In this document: in pieces, positions 1 through 8,133 of the stretch
Position numbering within the stretch: the first letter of the stretch is position 1
How the letters are laid out: the number at the start of each line of letters is the position of its first letter
DNA from: an uncultured Candidatus Saccharibacteria bacterium
GTDB taxonomy: Bacteria > Patescibacteriota > Saccharimonadia > Saccharimonadales > JAGQNJ01
DNA: 64,000 bases
Direction: 5' to 3'
Assembly (NCBI GenBank): GCA_965231045.1
Contig: OZ246406.1
Coordinates: 180,295 to 244,294, forward strand
Program-made: the position numbers and the translations under genes
Notes under the pieces: model-generated
The model's input: only the letters and a program-made list of their open reading frames with translations
Database searches by the model: none
What the model was told of the DNA's origin: nothing

Positions 1-160
1 CGTAGTGGTTTAATTTGTGCATCCGTGAGTTTATTCATGAATTTATAATATCATGCTAATGGTTAAAGATTCAGCTCACTAACATTTCTCGTCTATCGGC
101 TCAAATCCATACCAAAAACAAATGAGCCCACCAACGACTTTTAGGCCATTGCCAGACTTA

Positions 161-201
161 TGGATCTCCACCTGCCAGTGGAGTCGCATGGAAGTTACTA
201 A
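161..201. repeat. Copy R1 of a short dispersed intergenic motif
   Basis: tggatctcca (161-170) is identical to 1542-1551. catggaagtta (187-197) is identical to 2146-2156. It lies immediately 3' of the stop of the minus-strand gene ending at 202. Confidence 0.5.
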
Positions 202-663
202 CTAGTACTCGTCAATCACAATTTTCTTTTGTTTCATTAGGGTAGCGAAAGCATTTGGCTTTTGCATCAATTGGCCCATGTTACTAGGAATTATTTGCCA
301 ACTAAGGCCATACTTGTCTTTGCACCAACCACATTGCTGTGATTCAGGCACACTGGAAAGTTTATCCCAAAAATAATCAATTTCCTTCTGATCTTCGCAA
401 GTGACCGAAAAAGACACCGCTTCATTGAACTTAAACTCCGGGCCGGCATTAATGGCTATAAAAGTCATGCCATCTAGTTCAAATTCAACAGTTAGTACTT
501 GGCCTGCTAAATTTTTTTGAAAATTTGCTAACCCTTCCGCTGTACTTTCAGGATAATATTCGGTGGATAGTATTTTACTATTTGGAAAAACCGAAACATA
601 AAAATCAGCAGCTTCTTTAGCGTTTCCATCAAACCACAAATTAGGTGTAATTTTTAGGCTCAT
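202..663 (-). CDS. VOC/glyoxalase-fold protein (PhnB-like, 3-demethylubiquinone methyltransferase-domain family)
   Basis: N-terminus MSLKITPNLWFDGNAKEAADFYVSVFPNS and C-terminal CGWCKDKYGLSWQI are typical of this family. Start moved to the second in-frame ATG (663). Confidence 0.7.
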   Translation of the reverse strand: MSLKITPNLWFDGNAKEAADFYVSVFPNSKILSTEYYPESTAEGLANFQKNLAGQVLTVEFELDGMTFIAINAGPEFKFNEAVSFSVTCEDQKEIDYFWDKLSSVPESQQCGWCKDKYGLSWQIIPSNMGQLMQKPNAFATLMKQKKIVIDEY

Positions 664-747
664 TATTGCCCTCACCCCCTTTAATTACTACATTATCTCA
701 CATTATGGTGCTACCTCAACAAGGAGGCTATCAAAATTACAGCTATT

Positions 748-1107
748 TCAACCGAGGAATATCCCCATACTCATCTCGGCCAAAGCCTTTAATTCATCAT
801 ATTGACGTTTTGCAGCTAATTCTTTCTGCTCATCAGGATTTAGCGTAGCTTTTTTGAGTAGCGGGTCACTCGAGCCGAACGACTCCATCATGCATCTATT
901 CTGTGGGCCACAAATCTGACTACAAACCATTCCAAGATTCTGCACTACATCATTACGAAGTGCAGTAAGCCCTGCTTCTACCTCATCAGGGTTAGCAGTG
1001 CCTAGTGCGGCATTTTCTCTAGCACTTTTGCTAATTGTATCAAGTAATGCTTTTGATTTTTCTATATCCACACAGGGATGTGCTGGATTACCGAATTCTG
1101 CTGGCAT
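748..1107 (-). CDS. hypothetical protein, 119 aa, soluble
   Basis: Intact ORF between annotated neighbours. No motif recognised. Confidence 0.45.
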   Translation of the reverse strand: MPAEFGNPAHPCVDIEKSKALLDTISKSARENAALGTANPDEVEAGLTALRNDVVQNLGMVCSQICGPQNRCMMESFGSSDPLLKKATLNPDEQKELAAKRQYDELKALAEMSMGIFLG

Positions 1108-1236
1108 AGGGACTCCTTTAGTTTGTGATTTTAGCTAGATGACATGTCTATTGCAAGCATGAGCAAAACAAGAAGCACCCCTTTCAAAATGCTTATGCTT
1201 GCTATTAGTTTATTCTGCTTCGTACAATGCTAGCAT

Positions 1237-1530
1237 ATGAGCTTAAAGAAATCATTACAGGAAGTTTCTGAAGATGCCACAACACAATCCGTAACAGGAG
1301 CTTACGAAAAGTGGTATGATGGGCCACAAAGTCCAGAAGTCGTAGGCGACATTGCTGCTATTGCCAAGAACTACCATGCATTAATGATGGGGCCAATTAT
1401 TTTAGAACGACTGTTGCAGGATCATGGTGTATCAGCAGATGAGATTGACAGAATAACCTGGGGTGCTCGGCTGATGGTTGTCGCACTTGTTGACATGGCC
1501 GAAGCAGCAGAATTACCACCAATTGATTAA
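1237..1530 (+). CDS. hypothetical protein, 97 aa, acidic
   Basis: Intact ORF with ATG start. No motif recognised. Confidence 0.45.
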   Translation: MSLKKSLQEVSEDATTQSVTGAYEKWYDGPQSPEVVGDIAAIAKNYHALMMGPIILERLLQDHGVSADEIDRITWGARLMVVALVDMAEAAELPPID

Positions 1531-1541
1531 TCAGGGTATGT

Positions 1542-1579
1542 TGGATCTCCATGGCTCTCTGTGACAATGGAATTTAGAA
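1542..1579. repeat. Copy R2 of the short dispersed intergenic motif
   Basis: 1542-1551 is identical to 161-170. 1552-1579 matches 2132-2159 at 23 of 28 nt. It lies between convergent stop codons (1530 and 1580). Confidence 0.55.
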
Positions 1580-2050
1580 TTAATCTGGCTGGTTATCGTA
1601 CAACTTAAGTTCGGCTTCATCAGGTCTTTCAAATTGTGCAGACCATTCTTCTAGTCTTCCTGCCAAAATAACATCATCGCCTTCCATACCACGCTTTTCA
1701 AGGCGACGCCGTAGTTCATCGTCTGGAACATCTAAATAATGTAGCTCGACCCCAACACCTAGCTTTCTTGCGTCCTGAAGCTTTTCATCTCGTTCTGACT
1801 TCCCCCAAAAGCCATACTCTAAGATGACATTTTCACCTAGCTTTAGTATTTCTTGACCGAGTTGCCAGAATCGCTTCTCTAATTTGTCACGAAATTTCCC
1901 TTCCAAGAGACTTATCCCTAAATCTTCCATCCACTCATCAGGGCAAAACCTGATACCAGGCATTTGCTCTGCAAGTTCTTTTGCATGTGTAGTCTTGCCT
2001 GCACCAGGCAAGCCACAAACAATAATAAGTTTTGGTACTTCTTGACTCAT
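1580..2050 (-). CDS. P-loop kinase (AAA_33/zeta-toxin-like ATP-binding protein), paralog 1
   Basis: Walker A motif CGLPGAGKTT near the N-terminus. Size is about 155 aa. ATG at 2050 preferred over the upstream GTG at 2074. Confidence 0.7.
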   Translation of the reverse strand: MSQEVPKLIIVCGLPGAGKTTHAKELAEQMPGIRFCPDEWMEDLGISLLEGKFRDKLEKRFWQLGQEILKLGENVILEYGFWGKSERDEKLQDARKLGVGVELHYLDVPDDELRRRLEKRGMEGDDVILAGRLEEWSAQFERPDEAELKLYDNQPD

Positions 2051-2131
2051 AATGTTTATGATAACAAAAAACACTTCTTAAAGAAGTGCTTATTTCGCAA
2101 TAGTAAGACTTCGCCTACTGCACGGTAAACT

Positions 2132-2159
2132 TGGCTCGCTGTGGTCATGGAAGTTAGAA
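2132..2159. repeat. Copy R3 of the short dispersed intergenic motif
   Basis: tggctcgctgtggtcatggaagttagaa matches 1552-1579 at 23 of 28 nt and shares catggaagtta with 187-197. Confidence 0.55.
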
Positions 2160-2263
2160 ACTTGGTATCTACAAGATGATTTGTCAACGCAACGGGAAGT
2201 AAGGCTCTATTGAGCATAGGTCACTGCTTTACTATTCTCTTTGCCTATAGCTTCGTGTACATC

Positions 2264-2542
2264 CTAAATGATGTCCACTGTACTCTTAGATATTTGGAGT
2301 TCAATTTTTGGTTTCATTACACGAGCCACATCTCTAACTGCACCATAAATGTCAGCAAGATTCTGTGGTGTCTCGGCACACTTTGAAATAATTAGCATCG
2401 CAACAAACATATGTGAAGCACAATTGGGTGTCTCCATAAAGCGGTCAATATGCGCCTGCTTAATAGCGGGGTTATCAAACCCGTGCATAAACATCCAATC
2501 TTCAGCCTGTTCACTTGAGATCACTTGAGACTTTATCCTCAC
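2264..2542 (-). CDS. hypothetical protein, 92 aa
   Basis: Intact ORF. No motif recognised. Confidence 0.4.
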   Translation of the reverse strand: MRIKSQVISSEQAEDWMFMHGFDNPAIKQAHIDRFMETPNCASHMFVAMLIISKCAETPQNLADIYGAVRDVARVMKPKIELQISKSTVDII

Positions 2543-2602
2543 ATGATTATTTTATTACACAAAAAATACCATACTTCATGTGTTTTGAGTATTGCTTATG
2601 CT

Positions 2603-2623
2603 TGGCTCCGGGCGGATTCGGTC
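2603..2623 (-). pseudogene. Decayed copy of the 3' end of tRNA-Asn (acceptor and T-arm remnant)
   Basis: tggctccggg (10 nt) plus ggattcg (7 nt) match the rc 3' end of the intact tRNA-Asn at 2815-2889, with a small internal deletion. There is no D arm or anticodon arm. Confidence 0.5.
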
Positions 2624-2814
2624 ACTTTATATTGGAGAGGATGCGCTCACTGCGTTCGCTTGCACGGAACTCGCTTTATCGAAACTAAGAGGTAGCTTCT
2701 CAAAGCTCCTTCCTGTACGAACCTTCCGCAAACTTCGTTTGCTCTACTCGGTTCGAATCGTTTCCAGGAAACAAAAAAGCCTTGGAACGATCCGTTGGAT
2801 CATACCAAAGCTTT

Positions 2815-2889
2815 TGGCTCCGGGGAGAGGATTCGAACCTCCGACCTGGTGGTTAACAGCCACTCGCTCTACCACTGAGCTACCCCGGA
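2815..2889 (-). tRNA. tRNA-Asn (anticodon GUU), CCA encoded
   Basis: The rc reads TCCGGGGTAGCTCAGTGGTAGAGC...CTGTTAA...GGTTCGAATCCTCTCCCCGGAGCCA. It has a cloverleaf with a 7-bp acceptor stem and anticodon loop CU-GUU-AA. Confidence 0.95.
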
Positions 2890-2953
2890 CTATCGCCTTC
2901 GGCATATAAGACAACTCAGGAATTATATCTGATAGCTAAACTGGTGACAAGCG

Positions 2954-4234
2954 TCACTGCTTCGGTAGACGAATAGTGACTTTTGTACCGACGTGTGGTT
3001 TGGAAAATATTTCCATAAAACCACCAAAACGCTCGATAATTAGTTTGCTAACGTGTAGGCCAAGACCCATGGTATATAGCTGGACACGCGAAGGATCATT
3101 CGGTTTGTTGTCTTCAAATCTTTCTGATCTTTGGAACAGGTTCTTCTGCTGTTCGTTGCTCATTCCCCTACCTTGGTCCGTGATAATAATAACTATGAAG
3201 TCTTTATCGTGCGATAGCTTTACATCAACGGGCGTGCCGAGCTCACTATAACGAAAGGCGTTATCAATGATGTTATATAGGGCGGTATGCAGCTGATTGC
3301 TATCAATGGTGATTTTGACATCCTCATCAAGCTCTAAGTTCAGATTGCCAATACGGGTGGCACTCATGGCACAACTTCGGGCGGCTTCGCGAAGAACTTC
3401 TGATACGTTAGTTAATGTTGCGGTTTGTCCAGAGTTAACTGGATGCTGTGAGGCCGCCATTAGATCAGATATCATGCTATTCATCTCTAAGTTTTCTTGT
3501 TTGAGTTGACCTAGAAGTTGTTGCTGATGTTCACTCATACTTGAATAACTCTCGTCGTGTTCGAGGGCATCAACAATCTGAGTAATAACTGCTCCCGGTC
3601 GCCGTAGTTGTTGCCTAAGCATGGCTAGCAGTTGATTGTAGGCTACCTGTTTTTCGTTAACGGCATTGGATGCACTAAACCTAGTAACAATCGCCGCCAG
3701 AATAACAAATGCTACTGGATAGAAGACGAGTGGTGGGAGCATCTGTTGGAGGGAATTTGGCTCACCGCCCATGGCATAGCGAACGAGCAGTATTAGGTCG
3801 TATGCGGCGCCACTGAGTCCAGCCGCTACATAAGCCGATGGTCGTAGTAATAAAACACCAGAACTTAGAATTGGTACAGCATATAGTACAGTAGCCCGAC
3901 TCGGAAACCCTCCCTGAGCAAATACTATGCAGGTGGCAAGAACTATATCTAACAATATTTCGGCGTATGCGCTTACGGTGTAAGTTTTTGGGCTGCGTGA
4001 AGACGAGCGAAGTATTAGGCCGATAATAGAATTTATTACGATACCGCCTAATGAAACTACGGTATAACTTACAATTATTCTTAAGTCACTACGGGCAATG
4101 ATGCTGCTGACTATGCCTACACTAGCTAGAAAACAAATATAGTAATAACGGATACGGACCAGAGCCAAACCCCGATTTCGAGTTTGCAAGCGCTGTTCTT
4201 CGGCGGCATTTAAGATGTACTGACTGATTGCCAC
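2954..4234 (-). CDS. Membrane sensor histidine kinase (multi-TM N-terminus, HATPase_c C-terminus)
   Basis: N, G1 and G2 box-like motifs (YNIIDNAFRY, TDQGRGM, GLGLHVSKLIIERFGG). There are 5-6 hydrophobic segments in the first 200 aa. No response regulator is adjacent. Confidence 0.85.
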   Translation of the reverse strand: MAISQYILNAAEEQRLQTRNRGLALVRIRYYYICFLASVGIVSSIIARSDLRIIVSYTVVSLGGIVINSIIGLILRSSSRSPKTYTVSAYAEILLDIVLATCIVFAQGGFPSRATVLYAVPILSSGVLLLRPSAYVAAGLSGAAYDLILLVRYAMGGEPNSLQQMLPPLVFYPVAFVILAAIVTRFSASNAVNEKQVAYNQLLAMLRQQLRRPGAVITQIVDALEHDESYSSMSEHQQQLLGQLKQENLEMNSMISDLMAASQHPVNSGQTATLTNVSEVLREAARSCAMSATRIGNLNLELDEDVKITIDSNQLHTALYNIIDNAFRYSELGTPVDVKLSHDKDFIVIIITDQGRGMSNEQQKNLFQRSERFEDNKPNDPSRVQLYTMGLGLHVSKLIIERFGGFMEIFSKPHVGTKVTIRLPKQ

Positions 4235-4307
4235 AAGTATTCTCCTTACAACTAGTATAACCTTAAGCTATTTATAAAACTATCGCACTTTGTTAGCGAA
4301 GTTACAC

Positions 4308-4313
4308 TATAAT
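4308..4313 (+). promoter_or_regulatory. Perfect TATAAT -10 hexamer 7 nt upstream of the sortase ATG (possible leaderless mRNA)
   Basis: TATAAT at 4308-4313. ATG at 4321 with no Shine-Dalgarno in between. The -35 is poor. Confidence 0.3.
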
Positions 4314-4320
4314 ATGAACA

Positions 4321-4923
4321 ATGGCTAAATTGAAAAAACGAGTTCACTACCAACATGGTAAGCGACTTAAGAAGCGTAATTATCGCAAACTTGGGTTAGT
4401 TTTGGCCGTTGTGCTTATAGCCTCAGGAGCTTACTTACTTTATTTATTACAATCACCAAGCACGAAGCCCTTGAGCACTGAAGCTCAAAAGGCTTTCATA
4501 CCGGAAGAAATAGCTGACAAACGTATTATCATCCCCAAGATTGCAGCCAAGGCCGATATTTATGAAGGTGACTACACAGTTTTAGATAAGGGAGCCTGGC
4601 ATCGTCTGCCTGAGCTTGGTGATCCCGAGGCTGGCGGTAATTTTATTGTTTCTGGCCATCGTTATGTACTATCTGCTACACCAGCGCGCACCAAGGAGCA
4701 GTCTTATTTTTACAATATTGACAAATTAGGTGTCGGCGACCAGATTTTTGTGGACTGGCACCATAAACGACACAAGTACGAAATAACCAAGATTTACCAA
4801 GTGAAGCCTAACGATCTTTCTGTTGAGTCGCCATCAACTGACAATAAACTAACACTATATACCTGCACTTTAGGGGGTAGTCTTGATGGGCGAGTGGTTG
4901 TTGAAGCTAAACCTGTAAGTTAA
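4321..4923 (+). CDS. Sortase family transpeptidase
   Basis: N-terminal basic segment plus TM anchor. Catalytic motifs VSGHR and LTLYTCT. Confidence 0.85.
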   Translation: MAKLKKRVHYQHGKRLKKRNYRKLGLVLAVVLIASGAYLLYLLQSPSTKPLSTEAQKAFIPEEIADKRIIIPKIAAKADIYEGDYTVLDKGAWHRLPELGDPEAGGNFIVSGHRYVLSATPARTKEQSYFYNIDKLGVGDQIFVDWHHKRHKYEITKIYQVKPNDLSVESPSTDNKLTLYTCTLGGSLDGRVVVEAKPVS

Positions 4924-5393
4924 ATATTACGCTTGATGTCGCGCTCTTGGTCACGTTTTTTGAGAGATTGGCGTTTATCGTATCGTTTTTTACCTTTACC
5001 AACAGCGATTTTGAGCTTAATATGACGACCCTGGGTCAAGAATTCTAATGGCACAATCGTTCTACCCTGCTCTTTGGCACTAACTAGTGCTTTAATTTCT
5101 TTTGATTTGGCTAGCAATTTGCGCGAACGAGTCTGCTCTGTTTCATCGATAATAAATGTGTTGGTGCTGTTTATAGTGGCGTTGACTAGCCACAGCTCGC
5201 CTTCTTTGACTGTCACAAAAGCTCCCCGAAGTTGACCATGCCCCATTCTCAGGGCTTTAGTTTCTCGGCCAGTTAATACAATCCCCACGAGCAAGCTATC
5301 CCCGAGTTCGTAATCAAAACGAGCGCGGCGATTCACAATTTTATGCTGGGTATTGTGCTTTTGCTTCTTCACAATGAATCTATTGTAGCCCAC
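4920..5393 (-). CDS. smpB: SsrA-binding protein SmpB
   Basis: NRRARFDYEL, GLVLTG-like GIVLTGRETKAL, and a basic C-terminal tail. 157 aa. Confidence 0.95.
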   Translation of the reverse strand: MGYNRFIVKKQKHNTQHKIVNRRARFDYELGDSLLVGIVLTGRETKALRMGHGQLRGAFVTVKEGELWLVNATINSTNTFIIDETEQTRSRKLLAKSKEIKALVSAKEQGRTIVPLEFLTQGRHIKLKIAVGKGKKRYDKRQSLKKRDQERDIKRNI

Positions 5394-5447
5394 TGGTAGA
5401 ATATAGACAAATCAATGTTTATATATTATAACTTGCAAAATATAACT

Positions 5448-6686
5448 TTAGCACGGAGACTTCGAGTTGCCAGTTTGACTGGCTGGTTGCGCAGCATCCA
5501 GATTACTGCATTGACCATTTGCAGTAGTAAGCTTATGAACTTCTTGCTTGGCTGTATCCCATAGTCCAGGATCGTTGTATTTAACTTTTCGCCAGTACCA
5601 CCACTCTGCCCCCCACATATCAATTGTACGCATGCCCGTTGCTCGTCCATATTCAAAACGGTCTTTTAGTCTTTCAGGATTCATGGACTTGTTCTGCTCG
5701 TCGATTGGTGCGGATTTTATATCATAATTATCAGGTAGCCAGGCCTCAGCTTGCAGTTCATGAATAATCATATCCTTGCCTGTTATTAGTTCTCCCCCAC
5801 CAGCTAAGAACGCATAAAACCATGCTGGGAACGGATATTCAAAATAACGTTTGGTTATGGTTTTGTCCCAAACACGTTTGTAAACTGAAATCCCAAATTC
5901 GTCAGGTTGAGGTTTACCAATTGGAAAACCTAGGGCGTTGTTGCTTCTGCTAACAATGACTTTGTGATTTGGGTCGAGTTGCTTAACATAGTTATACTCG
6001 TCGACAAGTCGATCGCGACTAAAATCAGTACACTTTCCGAAGGCTTTCAGAAAATATTCGTTCTCTAATTGGTAGCTGTCTAGGGCGGGGCTATTTTTAT
6101 ATCTTTCAATCACAGCCTGCATGTACTGTTTGAGTTCTGGATACCACTGGTCTTTTGGCTGGCTCTGTGCCCAGGTAGGCATGTGGCACTCTGGCCAACG
6201 AGGCTGACGCAAGCCGATGGCTAGAGAAATTTTTGAGTTTGAAGCCTCGGCTTTTTGAAACTCCCAGTCAAGATCGGTGAAGTCATACTGCCCTTTTTGA
6301 GGTTCGCCTTCTTCCCAGTAACTAACTAGTCGGAATCGACGCATGCCCAGGTCGTCAATCATGGCTTGCATAGTATCTTTAGCATCAAGATCAAAGAATC
6401 TTGCGTAGGTTGGGATGAATGTTACGCCCACTTGCATGGGTTCCTTAGCGTGTTTAGCGATGTACCAACGCGCAATACCATACATTGTGCTGACAATCAG
6501 CATGATAAGCACAGTTAGCCATATAAGTAACTTCTGCCAAAGTTTACGAGTTTTATACCAGCTGTGTCCGCGTACAACGTGTGGCTTAACTTTTGAATGC
6601 ACACCAACAACTACGCGTTTTGCATGGTGCGCAACACGTTTAACGCCTTTTGGCTTCGTTGGGCTTTTTTTACGTTTACTCGGCAT
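5448..6686 (-). CDS. Membrane-anchored glycoside hydrolase (clan GH-A TIM barrel, GH42/GH5-like)
   Basis: Motif SYWEEGEPQKGQYDFTDLDW and catalytic-type QLENEYF. Basic N-terminus followed by one TM. Start taken at MPSKRKK (6686). Confidence 0.6.
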   Translation of the reverse strand: MPSKRKKSPTKPKGVKRVAHHAKRVVVGVHSKVKPHVVRGHSWYKTRKLWQKLLIWLTVLIMLIVSTMYGIARWYIAKHAKEPMQVGVTFIPTYARFFDLDAKDTMQAMIDDLGMRRFRLVSYWEEGEPQKGQYDFTDLDWEFQKAEASNSKISLAIGLRQPRWPECHMPTWAQSQPKDQWYPELKQYMQAVIERYKNSPALDSYQLENEYFLKAFGKCTDFSRDRLVDEYNYVKQLDPNHKVIVSRSNNALGFPIGKPQPDEFGISVYKRVWDKTITKRYFEYPFPAWFYAFLAGGGELITGKDMIIHELQAEAWLPDNYDIKSAPIDEQNKSMNPERLKDRFEYGRATGMRTIDMWGAEWWYWRKVKYNDPGLWDTAKQEVHKLTTANGQCSNLDAAQPASQTGNSKSPC

Positions 6687-6707
6687 TTTGTTACTATTAG
6701 TGCGCCT

Positions 6708-7550
6708 ATGCCAAATCAAGCACAAGCAGTATCAATAGTTATACCAGTTTTCAACGAAGAAAACTACATAAAAGACTGCCTCGATTTAATTGCCAAGCAG
6801 ACTATTCTGCCGGGCGAGGTTGTGATTGTCGATAACAACTGTACAGATAAAACAATCGATATTGCTAAGAGCTACGACTTCGTGCGAGTTGTTAAAGAAA
6901 AGAAACAAGGGGTATTATTTGCCCGCAACACTGGTTTTGATGCAGCTAAAGGCTCGATTGTCGGCCGTATTGATACTGACTCACACTTGTCAGAGGATTG
7001 GGTAGAGAATGTTGCCGAAGCTTTTAAGGATCCTGAAGTTTCTGCGGTTACAGGCCCGGTGTGGTATTACGACATGCCATTTGTATCAGGTGGTTTTTGG
7101 CTTGATAAAAAAATTCGTGGTTCTGTTGCCAGGACATCAGAAGTCTTTCCGTTTCTATTCGGTACCAACATGGCGATAAGAAAAAGTGCCTGGCTTGATG
7201 TTAAATCTGATACATGTACCAAACGAAAAATGTACGAGGACATCGACCTGGCTATTCATCTGTACGAACACGGACTGCATATATATTATCTCGACTATTT
7301 AACTTGCGGTATGGCTGCACGACGTTTCGACGATACACTAATGAATTTCTATCGCTACATAAAACTTTACAAAGTTACGTATGAAATACACGGCCTAAAA
7401 GCAAAATCAACGCGCCTAGCGATGGGTGTGTACATGATCTTTTTTGTTTTGTGCCAACCTTTTAGATGGGTTTATGATCCGGTAACCAAAAAACGTTCCC
7501 TCAAAAACCTTTTCCGAAAAACCAACGCCCGCAAAAACCCGATGTCTTAG
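6708..7550 (+). CDS. Glycosyltransferase family 2
   Basis: VSIVIPVFNEENYI, VIVDNNCTD and a DxD-type RIDTDS motif. Start taken at MPNQAQ (6708). Confidence 0.85.
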   Translation: MPNQAQAVSIVIPVFNEENYIKDCLDLIAKQTILPGEVVIVDNNCTDKTIDIAKSYDFVRVVKEKKQGVLFARNTGFDAAKGSIVGRIDTDSHLSEDWVENVAEAFKDPEVSAVTGPVWYYDMPFVSGGFWLDKKIRGSVARTSEVFPFLFGTNMAIRKSAWLDVKSDTCTKRKMYEDIDLAIHLYEHGLHIYYLDYLTCGMAARRFDDTLMNFYRYIKLYKVTYEIHGLKAKSTRLAMGVYMIFFVLCQPFRWVYDPVTKKRSLKNLFRKTNARKNPMS

Positions 7551-8131
7551 TTCGAGGCGTTGTTACTTGTGTAACCACCATATTGATTTATAGTTGGGTT
7601 ACATTCATACCAAAGGCCTATTTTTTGTTGCATGGCATTTGTTTGGTAGTTTTTAAACTCATCTGACTTTGCAAATGGAAAGCCCAGGTACGCAAAGCCA
7701 TAACCTTGTTTTATAATTTCGGCATTAACAAGTCGCCCATCAGGCAGATAGATGTATCTAAGTAACCTATTATAACGATCACGATTAGTATTAAGCGCAT
7801 CAGCTTCAAGCCGAACCGGATTATTGCCAATAAGATTTTTTGTAAACGCAGCTGCAGCTGTCCCGTAGCATTGTACGGCTTTTCTTGGGTCATGAGTTTC
7901 TGGCGTGTCGACACCAATAAAGCGTATGGTTTCAGTATGACCATCCATATCAACAGCAATGGTATCCCCGTCATCAAACTTAGTGACCTTATAGAAGCCC
8001 GGTTGAATATAGCTTGATGGAGTATTTATATGTATAGGGTGTTTAGTTAAGTAGTATCCTAGCCCTCCTAAAACACTTACAAAAGCAATCAAGATAAAGA
8101 TGCTGAATACCCTAGATCGTCGATCATTCAT
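7547..8131 (-). CDS. Membrane-anchored thermonuclease (staphylococcal nuclease/SNase family)
   Basis: N-terminal TM. DGDTIAV, IRFIGVDTPE, RYNRLLRYIY and GYGFAY motifs. Confidence 0.85.
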   Translation of the reverse strand: MNDRRSRVFSIFILIAFVSVLGGLGYYLTKHPIHINTPSSYIQPGFYKVTKFDDGDTIAVDMDGHTETIRFIGVDTPETHDPRKAVQCYGTAAAAFTKNLIGNNPVRLEADALNTNRDRYNRLLRYIYLPDGRLVNAEIIKQGYGFAYLGFPFAKSDEFKNYQTNAMQQKIGLWYECNPTINQYGGYTSNNASN

Positions 8132-8133
8132 TA

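Noticed and set aside
1-38. Possible start of a minus-strand gene (ATGAATAAACTCACGGATGCACAA...) running off the left edge
   Set aside because: Only 12 codons are visible, which is too little evidence to call a feature.
2590-2814. Possible tmRNA (ssrA), because smpB is 2 kb away and the region ends with a tRNA-like ...GGAGCCA
   Set aside because: The acceptor-like end copies tRNA-Asn (G discriminator) and cannot form the G3:U70 alanine identity pair. The T-loop is degenerate, there is no matching 5' acceptor strand, and no plausible resume codon or tag ending in hydrophobic residues plus a stop. About 210 nt is also too short for tmRNA.
2590-2814. Possible SRP (4.5S) RNA, because of CGGAAGG and CAGGAAGGAGC strings on the minus strand
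   Set aside because: The GGAA cannot be placed as a tetraloop closed by the conserved helix 8 pairs, and the symmetric-loop consensus is not reproduced. Only Infernal could settle this.
2592-2909. 105-aa plus-strand ORF in the six-frame track
   Set aside because: It starts at TTG, runs across the tRNA-Asn gene and the tRNA-like debris, and has no Shine-Dalgarno. It is an artefact of a stop-free noncoding stretch.
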